From contig JAWXTR010000001.1 in assembly GCA_044433365.1 (NCBI GenBank), forward strand, positions 44,860 through 108,859: a DNA stretch of 64,000 nt. The letters are read 5' to 3'. Of the stretch, positions 57,321 through 64,000 are shown in pieces. The notes beneath the pieces are model-generated. The model saw nothing but the letters and a program-made list of their open reading frames with translations. It ran no database searches and was not told the origin of the DNA. Each line of letters begins with the position of its first letter. Positions within the stretch are counted from its first letter, which is position 1. This DNA is from Rikenellaceae bacterium. Its GTDB lineage: Bacteria > Bacteroidota > Bacteroidia > Bacteroidales > Rikenellaceae. A program made the position numbers and the translations under genes.

Positions 57321-58442
57321 TTAAGCCATCTTATCATAAAGTGCCATAAGATTATCAGCAATTTTGCTATCGTGGAAGTTTTCGATGTGTTTATAGCCTC
57401 TTTCAATAAGCTGATTTCTATACTCTTTTTCTGAAATTACTTTGCGAAGCTGCACTATAAGCTCTTCCATATCGTAAGGTCCTACTTGGAGTGCTGCATC
57501 GCCTGAAATTTCGTCGAAAACACCCCCTTTTGAGGTAATAATTGGTGTTCCGCAGCTTAGAGACTCTAAAATAGGGATGCCAAACCCCTCAAAAAGTGAT
57601 ATATAGACAACTACGCTAGCCATTTTGTAGATGGCAGGTAGCTCCTCAAGTTCACAGTCGTGATAGAAGTGTACTTTGTCAGCAATTCCTGCTTGTGAAG
57701 CAAAAAGTTTTAATTTATCAACATAAGGTGTCCAGCGGCCACACGCTACAAGTGGCACATCTATTTTGCCCTCAGAGATGGCGTGTAAGGTGAGCATTAG
57801 ATTTTTACGTTCCTCTATTACCCCAATACTCAAAATATATTTTTCTGGAAGTTTATAACGATTTCTAACCCTCTCTTTAACCTCTTCGCTCACCTCTTGG
57901 TAGTATATAGGGTTGCACCCTTGGTAAACCACCTCAATGCGTTCGCTAGGTATTTGCCAAAACTCCATAAGGTCGTTTTTGGTTTGGTGGGAAGTGGCAA
58001 GTATCATATCAGCCTTGCTACAACTCTTTTTGTAACGCCACTCCATAATGGTGCGTTGCATTTTAGGGTAGAGATTGGGATAGCGCAAAAATATAAGGTC
58101 GTGGATAGTCACAACACTCTTTGCTCCACCAGAACGAATATCAAGAGGAAGCTGATTGGCCAAACCATGGTAAATATCTACACGTGACCGACGAATATCA
58201 GACGACATTGCGCAATCACGCCAGATTGGTGGCGATATACTCCCTAAAAAACCTTTAGGTTGCACCACTTTTACCCCTTTAGGAATAGAAAAATTTACTC
58301 TATTTTCGTAAAAACCACTAATAAGTGTGTATTCGTTTTCGCTGTAATATCTTGAGAGTAGTTCAACTGTACTACGTCCGTAGTTGCCTACACCGCTACT
58401 CTCTTGAAAAATGTGTTTTGCATCAAATCCTATCTTTATCAT
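57321..58442 (-). CDS. glycosyltransferase family 4 (GT-B fold)
   Basis: 373 aa. C-terminal E..GFG.P.LE..SCG.P motif (FEGFGIPILESLSCGTPII). Confidence 0.82.
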   Translation of the reverse strand: MIKIGFDAKHIFQESSGVGNYGRSTVELLSRYYSENEYTLISGFYENRVNFSIPKGVKVVQPKGFLGSISPPIWRDCAMSSDIRRSRVDIYHGLANQLPLDIRSGGAKSVVTIHDLIFLRYPNLYPKMQRTIMEWRYKKSCSKADMILATSHQTKNDLMEFWQIPSERIEVVYQGCNPIYYQEVSEEVKERVRNRYKLPEKYILSIGVIEERKNLMLTLHAISEGKIDVPLVACGRWTPYVDKLKLFASQAGIADKVHFYHDCELEELPAIYKMASVVVYISLFEGFGIPILESLSCGTPIITSKGGVFDEISGDAALQVGPYDMEELIVQLRKVISEKEYRNQLIERGYKHIENFHDSKIADNLMALYDKMA

Positions 58443-58459
58443 CTCTAATTAAGTATTAT

Positions 58460-58501
58460 GGGAAGTTCTAAATTCTGGAATTTGAGAGATTAGAAGTGCC
58501 C
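58460..58501. repeat. GGGAAG-type mini palindrome
   Basis: GGGAAGTTCTAAATTCTGGAATTTGAGAGATTAGAAGTGCCC. Confidence 0.75.
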
Positions 58502-58506
58502 TTAGG

Positions 58507-58872
58507 TTACTCTACACTACCTCTGATAACTAAAGTTTGGCTCTCGCCTTCACTATTTTTTATCACGATTTTTTTGTAAAACACCCCTGTCTCATTAGGA
58601 TTAAACTTTACAACCACGCTATCGGCTGCTCCGCTAAGAATAGGGCGTCTGCTATATTTTGCTACGGTACATCCGCAACTTGTTTTGGCCTCTAAAATTA
58701 CAAAAGGCTTCGTACTGCTATTTGTAAAGTGGAAAACCACTTTTTCTGAATCTTTTATTCCAATATCGCCTATATTATGCTCGGTATTCGAAAAAACCAT
58801 AGCCTTCTGGGTGTCAGTAATATGAGCCGAAAGAAAACTAGTTAAGAGCAATATAAATGATAATATTTTCAT
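58507..58872 (-). CDS. DUF1573 domain protein
   Basis: 121 aa. Signal peptide, F.F.N.G..P..I....TSCGCT motif (..FHFTNSSTKPFVILEAKTSCGCTV). Confidence 0.75.
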   Translation of the reverse strand: MKILSFILLLTSFLSAHITDTQKAMVFSNTEHNIGDIGIKDSEKVVFHFTNSSTKPFVILEAKTSCGCTVAKYSRRPILSGAADSVVVKFNPNETGVFYKKIVIKNSEGESQTLVIRGSVE

Positions 58873-58888
58873 AAAAAAAGAAGAATGG

Positions 58889-59677
58889 TTAATTATTTGT
58901 TAGCAAATTTTGAGCAACAAAATTTGTAAGCTCCATAAATTGCTCCACGCTTAGCTTTTCAGGGCGTTGAGTATATAAAGGATGCTCTACTGTAGGGTCA
59001 ATATTGCTAAATGCCGCTTTCAGAGAATTTTTGATTGTCTTACGACGCTGGTTGAACGTCCCCTTTACAACTCTAAAAAATAGTTTTTCGTCGCAATCCA
59101 GAGCAACTCTACTATTACGACGAAGTCTAATCACTGCACTCTTAACTTTTGGGGGCGGATTAAACACATTTTCATGAACTGTAAAAAGATACTCTATATC
59201 GTAGAAAGCCTGTAGTAAAACGCTTAAAATACCATATAATTTCTTTCCTGGAGGCTCAGCAATACGCTCAGCAACCTCTTTTTGAATCATGCAGACACAC
59301 TCTGGCACCATATCACGATTTTCGAGAATTTTGAAAAATATTTGCGAGGAGATATTGTAAGGAAAGTTTCCTATTACACTAAATTTACCCTCAAAAAGAG
59401 CCTCTAAATCGAGCTTTATAAAGTCACCAACAATATTTTTACAGTCTAATCGAAGAAAATTTCGCTGCAAATATTCGATACTCTCATCGTCTACCTCTGC
59501 AACTTTAAGGTTTAACTCCTCACGCTGCAAAAGAAATTGAGTGAGCACACCTGTGCCAGGTCCAACCTCTATTACATCGCAAGTGGTATCGCTACTAAGA
59601 GCATCGGCAATCGCCTTTGCAATGTTCATATCGGTCAAAAAGTGTTGTCCGAGGTGTTTTTTTGGTCTTACGTACAT
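58889..59677 (-). CDS. rsmA: 16S rRNA (adenine1518/1519-N6)-dimethyltransferase
   Basis: 262 aa. KK.LGQHFL, VIEVGPG.G.LT, GNFPYNISS. Confidence 0.9.
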   Translation of the reverse strand: MYVRPKKHLGQHFLTDMNIAKAIADALSSDTTCDVIEVGPGTGVLTQFLLQREELNLKVAEVDDESIEYLQRNFLRLDCKNIVGDFIKLDLEALFEGKFSVIGNFPYNISSQIFFKILENRDMVPECVCMIQKEVAERIAEPPGKKLYGILSVLLQAFYDIEYLFTVHENVFNPPPKVKSAVIRLRRNSRVALDCDEKLFFRVVKGTFNQRRKTIKNSLKAAFSNIDPTVEHPLYTQRPEKLSVEQFMELTNFVAQNLLTNN

Positions 59678-59683
59678 TTTTTA

Positions 59684-59779
59684 CAATTCATAATGCATAA
59701 TGCATAATTTATAATTTATAATTTATAATTCATAATTTATAATTGCCAATTACGCATTATGAATTACGAATTACGAATT
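59684..59779. repeat. opposed heptamer arrays (61 nt + 32 nt) separated by GCC, filling the recQ/rsmA spacer
   Basis: ..TATAATTCATAATTTATAATT GCC AATTACGCATTATGAATTACGAATTACGAATT. Confidence 0.95.
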
Positions 59780-59782
59780 AAA

Positions 59783-61975
59783 TTAGTTTCCTAGTTCACT
59801 AAACAGCTTAATTCGCATTAGTCGAATCTCCTGCTCAGTAATATCGCCGCTTAGCTCCTCCATTGCACTATCTATAGAGTCGTTTTCAGCATCGTTTTTG
59901 AAGTAATCGTAGATTTCATCCTGTTTATCCTCATCAATCTCCATATCAATGTAGTAATTAATATTTAGTTTTGTGCCAGAATTTACGATAGCCTCAATCT
60001 CGTCAATTAGTTCATCCATATTCATACCCTTGGCATCTGCAATATCAGGAAGCTCCATTTTGCGGTCGATACTTTGAATAATATATACTTTATTGGTGCT
60101 CTTATTTACAACACTTTTTACCACCATATCTTGTGGACGGATAATATCTTTCTCCTCTACATACTGAGCAATAAGGGCAATAAACTCTTTTCCAAATTTT
60201 CGAGCTTTGCCAGCTCCTACGCCTACAATATTTTGAAGCTCCTCTAGTGTGATAGGATATTGCGTAGCCATATCCTCTAATGATGGATCTTGGAACACTA
60301 CAAACGGAGGAAGTCCAGCCTTTTTAGCAACTTTTTTGCGAGTATCTTTCAACATTTTAAAAAGCTCTTCATCGGCAACACTTGTCGATAAACCTCTACC
60401 TCCAATTGTGGTTTCGTTATCCTCTCCATCCTGATATTCATTATCCTTACTTACCATAACGGTGAAAGGATTGTTAATATACTCCAAACCTTTAGCGTTT
60501 ATTTCAAGTAGACCATAATTTTCAATATCTTTATCAATCATACCTAAAATTACACCTTGACGAACGATAGTTGTCCAATATTTGGCATCGAAGTTCTCAC
60601 CAGCGGCAAAAAATTCGAGTTTATGGTGGTTGTACGACTTAATAAGGTTTGTAGCTTTACCTGTAAGCATACTAACAAGATAGTCTATTTTGAATTTATC
60701 GCCTATCGCCTTTAATGTTTTTAACATTAAGACTACAGAGTCGGTAGCATCAAAACGTGGCTTAGGGTTTAGGCAGTTGTCACATGCTCCACACGACTCT
60801 TGAGTGTACTCCTCACCAAAATAGTGAAGCAGTGAGCGTCGACGACACACCGACGACTCGGCATAAGATACCGTCTCCATAAGCAGCAACTTACCAATCT
60901 CTTGCTCTGCTACAGGCTTGCCTTGCATAAATTTTTCGAGCTTTTGAATATCTTTGTAGCTATAGAAAACAATACATTTTCCCTCACCACCGTCACGTCC
61001 AGCACGTCCAGTCTCTTGGTAGTACCCCTCTAGTGATTTTGGAATATCGTAGTGGATAACATAGCGCACATCGGGCTTATCTATACCCATACCAAAGGCG
61101 ATAGTTGCCACAATCACATCGACATCCTCCTTCAGAAACTTATCTTGATTCTCACCACGAGTAGCGGCATCCATACCTGCATGGTAAGGAAGTGCTTTGA
61201 TACCGTTAATTTTGAGAGTATCGGCAATTTCTTCAACCTTTTTACGACTTAGACAGTAAATAATCCCAGATTTTGATTCATTTTGACGAATAAACTTAAT
61301 AATCTCTTTTATGGTATTATTTTTGGAACGTACCTCATAGTATAAGTTTGGTCGGTTGAACGACGATTTATATGTTATTGCATCCTGCATTCCAAGATTT
61401 TTCTGAATATCTAGTTGAACCTTTGGAGTAGCAGTTGCAGTAAGGGCAATAATTGGTGCAGGCGAAATATCTGTAATAATTGGGCGAATACGACGATACT
61501 CTGGGCGGAAATCGTGTCCCCACTCAGAAATACAGTGCGCTTCGTCAATAGCATAAAACGAAATTTTTATACTTTTAAGAAAATTTACATTCTCTTCTTT
61601 TGTTAGCGACTCTGGTGCAAAATAGAGCAGCTTTGTTCGTCCTGCGAGCACATCCTCCTTAACTTTATTAATTGCACTCTTATTTAGAGATGAATTAAGG
61701 AAGTGGGCAACACCGTCGTCGACAGAAAATCCTCTGATTGCATCCACCTGATTTTTCATCAATGCAATTAATGGAGAGATGATTATAGCCACACCATCCA
61801 TTAACATTGCAGGCAATTGATAACAGAGACTTTTTCCACCTCCAGTCGGCATTAGGACAAAAACATCCTTACCTTCCATAAGTGAAGTGATAATTTGCTG
61901 CTGATTCCCCTTAAAAGAGGAAAAACCGAAATATTTTTTTAGTTGTTCGGTTAGAGGTATTAATCCACTTGCCAT
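59783..61975 (-). CDS. recQ: ATP-dependent DNA helicase RecQ
   Basis: 730 aa. Walker A PTGGGKS, DEAH box (AIDEAHCISEWGHDFRP), Zn-binding CRR..C..CDNC, C-terminal HRDC. Confidence 0.92.
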   Translation of the reverse strand: MASGLIPLTEQLKKYFGFSSFKGNQQQIITSLMEGKDVFVLMPTGGGKSLCYQLPAMLMDGVAIIISPLIALMKNQVDAIRGFSVDDGVAHFLNSSLNKSAINKVKEDVLAGRTKLLYFAPESLTKEENVNFLKSIKISFYAIDEAHCISEWGHDFRPEYRRIRPIITDISPAPIIALTATATPKVQLDIQKNLGMQDAITYKSSFNRPNLYYEVRSKNNTIKEIIKFIRQNESKSGIIYCLSRKKVEEIADTLKINGIKALPYHAGMDAATRGENQDKFLKEDVDVIVATIAFGMGIDKPDVRYVIHYDIPKSLEGYYQETGRAGRDGGEGKCIVFYSYKDIQKLEKFMQGKPVAEQEIGKLLLMETVSYAESSVCRRRSLLHYFGEEYTQESCGACDNCLNPKPRFDATDSVVLMLKTLKAIGDKFKIDYLVSMLTGKATNLIKSYNHHKLEFFAAGENFDAKYWTTIVRQGVILGMIDKDIENYGLLEINAKGLEYINNPFTVMVSKDNEYQDGEDNETTIGGRGLSTSVADEELFKMLKDTRKKVAKKAGLPPFVVFQDPSLEDMATQYPITLEELQNIVGVGAGKARKFGKEFIALIAQYVEEKDIIRPQDMVVKSVVNKSTNKVYIIQSIDRKMELPDIADAKGMNMDELIDEIEAIVNSGTKLNINYYIDMEIDEDKQDEIYDYFKNDAENDSIDSAMEELSGDITEQEIRLMRIKLFSELGN

Positions 61976-62104
61976 ACCTAAATGATTGAATTATAAGTAA
62001 TTTGCCTATTTGTTAGTAATATTCCAACGTTTGAAGTTAATATAAAATTAATAAAATTCAAAAAACTAAGCTATCTTTGTGAAAATAATTTTAATTTTTT
62101 CGTT

Positions 62105-63088
62105 ATGATTTCGACAAATGAGTCTAAAATTATAGAGTTTGCAAAGGAAGTTGTGACCGATGAAATCGACTCACTAAAGAGGCTTTTCGACTACATAAAT
62201 GGCGATTTTGCCACTGTAATCGAGCTAATATCTAATGGCAAAGGACGTGTTATCATTACAGGAATAGGAAAAAGTGCTATTATTGGTAGTAAGATAGTGG
62301 CAACACTAAATTCTACGGGTACTCCAGCAATTTTTATGCACGCTGCCGATGCTATTCATGGCGACTTAGGAATTGTGCAGAAAGATGATATAGTGATATG
62401 TATTTCAAAGAGTGGAAACACTCCCGAAATTAAGGTTCTGATTCCTCTAATTCGTAATCTTGGCTATGGTAATACTATTGTTGCAATGGTGGGAAATAGT
62501 GAGTCGTTTTTGGCAATGCAATCAGATTATATTTTAGATACTACAGTATCAAAAGAGGCGTGTCCTATGAATCTTGCGCCAACCTCTAGCACCACTATGC
62601 AGCTAGTTATGGGCGATGCTCTTTCGATGACCCTTCTGCATCTTCGTGGCTTCTCCAAAGATGATTTTGCAAAGGTACACCCTGGGGGAGCACTTGGAAA
62701 ACGTCTATATATAAAAGTTAGCGATATTCTTAGCGGCGATGCTGTACCAAAAGTTACAGAAAAGGCAACTATCGATGAGGTTATTGTCGAAATATCATCT
62801 AAACGACTTGGTGCAACTGCTGTAACCGATAGAAATGGTACACTTGTAGGAATTATCACCGATGGCGACCTTCGTCGTATGTTGCAGCGAAAAATTGATA
62901 TTGGAGTGGTTTGTGCCAAAGATATTATGAGCTGTAACCCGAAAACAATCTCTAAAGAGGAGTTGGCGGTTAAGGCGTTCTCTATAATGGAGGATAAAAA
63001 AATTACTCAACTACTAGTAACCGACTCAGACGGAAAATATTGTGGCATCGTTCATATCCATGATATTTTGCGTGAAGGAGTAGTTTGA
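62105..63088 (+). CDS. kdsD: KpsF/GutQ-family arabinose-5-phosphate isomerase (SIS + tandem CBS)
   Basis: 327 aa. SIS motif ITGIGKSAIIG and two CBS domains. Confidence 0.88.
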   Translation: MISTNESKIIEFAKEVVTDEIDSLKRLFDYINGDFATVIELISNGKGRVIITGIGKSAIIGSKIVATLNSTGTPAIFMHAADAIHGDLGIVQKDDIVICISKSGNTPEIKVLIPLIRNLGYGNTIVAMVGNSESFLAMQSDYILDTTVSKEACPMNLAPTSSTTMQLVMGDALSMTLLHLRGFSKDDFAKVHPGGALGKRLYIKVSDILSGDAVPKVTEKATIDEVIVEISSKRLGATAVTDRNGTLVGIITDGDLRRMLQRKIDIGVVCAKDIMSCNPKTISKEELAVKAFSIMEDKKITQLLVTDSDGKYCGIVHIHDILREGVV

Positions 63089-63090
63089 TG

Positions 63091-63127
63091 ATAATTATGA
63101 ATTATGAATTGTGAATTATGAATTATA
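63091..63127 (+). repeat. heptanucleotide satellite array filling the kdsD/lptB spacer
   Basis: ATAATTATGAATTATGAATTGTGAATTATGAATTATA. Confidence 0.95.
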
Positions 63128-63130
63128 ACT

Positions 63131-63853
63131 ATGCGATTACATACTAAGGATTTAATAAAAAGATATAAGAGTCGTACTGTTGTCGACCATGTATCAATTG
63201 AGGTTAATCAGGGTGAGATTGTGGGTCTACTTGGTCCAAATGGTGCTGGTAAAACCACCACTTTCTATATGACTGTGGGTCTGATTAAACCAAATGGTGG
63301 AAATGTATATCTTGATGATGCAGATATTACAAAACTACCAGTTTATAAACGTGCGCAGCTAGGTGTGGGATATTTGGCTCAAGAGGCATCAGTTTTTCGT
63401 AGATTGAGCGTTGAGGACAATATCCGTGCGGTGTTAGAGATGGCAGGTTACTCGAAAGAGTATCAACGAGAGCGTCTCGAAAACTTAATCGAAGAGTTTA
63501 GACTTCAGAAAGTGCGTAAAAGCTACGGTATTCAGCTCTCTGGGGGTGAACGTCGTAGGACAGAGATTGCACGTGCTGTGTCGATTAACCCTAAGTTTAT
63601 TCTACTTGACGAGCCGTTTGCTGGTGTCGACCCTATCGCTGTTGAGGATATTCAAACTATTGTTCGTTCGCTGAAAGATAGAAATATCGGTGTAATTATC
63701 ACCGACCATAACGTTCACGAAACTTTAGATGTAACCGACCGTACCTATCTGCTTTTTGAGGGCAAAATACTTAAAGCTGGTAGTGCTGAAGAGCTTGCCG
63801 ACGACGAAATGGTGCGTAAGGTGTATTTAGGTAAGGACTTTAAACTACGCTAA
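63131..63853 (+). CDS. lptB: LPS export ABC transporter ATP-binding protein
   Basis: 240 aa. Walker [10 protein letters not shown], signature LSGGERRR, Walker B ILLDEPF. Follows kdsD as in many Gram-negatives. Confidence 0.88.
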   Translation: MRLHTKDLIKRYKSRTVVDHVSIEVNQGEIVGLLGPNGAGKTTTFYMTVGLIKPNGGNVYLDDADITKLPVYKRAQLGVGYLAQEASVFRRLSVEDNIRAVLEMAGYSKEYQRERLENLIEEFRLQKVRKSYGIQLSGGERRRTEIARAVSINPKFILLDEPFAGVDPIAVEDIQTIVRSLKDRNIGVIITDHNVHETLDVTDRTYLLFEGKILKAGSAEELADDEMVRKVYLGKDFKLR

Positions 63854-63946
63854 TTTTTTGGCATTGTACGGTGATTTTTAAAATCTCTCAAAAACCAATT
63901 AATTAAAAGTTTCCTTTAGTATTTTAACCTAACTAAAAATAAAAAT

Positions 63947-64000
63947 ATGAACCAAAAATTACTTTTAACAGCTGGTCTGTCGCTTTTTGCAGTGGCAGCC
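63947..64000 (+). CDS. 5' end of a secreted protein gene (partial, runs off the window)
   Basis: MNQKLLLTAGLSLFAVAA.. is a signal-peptide-like start. Confidence 0.4.
   Translation, partial: MNQKLLLTAGLSLFAVAA

Noticed and set aside
7774-63127. Could the many short tandem or interspersed repeats be CRISPR arrays?
   Set aside because: Units are 7 nt and contiguous with no unique spacers. The longer repeats are palindromic elements with target-site duplications, scattered singly. No cas genes are present.
1-64000. tRNA, rRNA, tmRNA, RNase P, SRP RNA
   Set aside because: I found no cloverleaf-compatible GTTCRANYC T-loop contexts or conserved rRNA, SRP or RNase P boxes by eye. A proper scan (tRNAscan-SE, Infernal) is still needed.

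Overview
Low-GC chromosomal window that reads like a Bacteroidota (Bacteroidales-type) genome, with about 54 protein genes and no rRNA, tRNA or CRISPR array. Most genes are housekeeping: GDP-fucose synthesis, frdCAB, aroA, PBP1A, an S41 protease, comF, pepT, secG, rnhA, mazG, rsmA, recQ and kdsD-lptB. There is also an NtrC-type sigma-54 two-component system next to a TolC/MacA/MacB-type efflux operon that carries a near-consensus -24/-12 promoter. Other content: a three-sulfatase plus mutarotase cluster, a BspA-type LRR lipoprotein, a NamZ/POT-like pair, and a small accessory islet (IS1595 remnant, Tlde1-like toxin ORF, small membrane protein). The unusual part is the intergenic DNA. (1) A tandem heptanucleotide satellite (consensus AATTATG) sits at 19 loci. 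It often fills whole intercistronic spacers, donates stop and start codons, and occurs as opposed pairs that can form long stems. One such pair loops out a four-helix-bundle (23S-IVS-protein/Avd-fold) gene inside the efflux operon. (2) A 163-bp long-hairpin MITE flanked by TA duplications occurs at 7 loci, twice nested in the apex of another copy, with arm mismatches that become G-U on one strand only. (3) A GGGAAC/GTTCCC-terminated mini-element family has 4-bp AT-rich duplications and a long form carrying a nested palindrome with a compensatory change. (4) Two further palindromic element families are present. (5) A candidate multi-helix ncRNA lies at 49876-50013 (minus). All functional calls come from reading motifs by eye; no database search was run.
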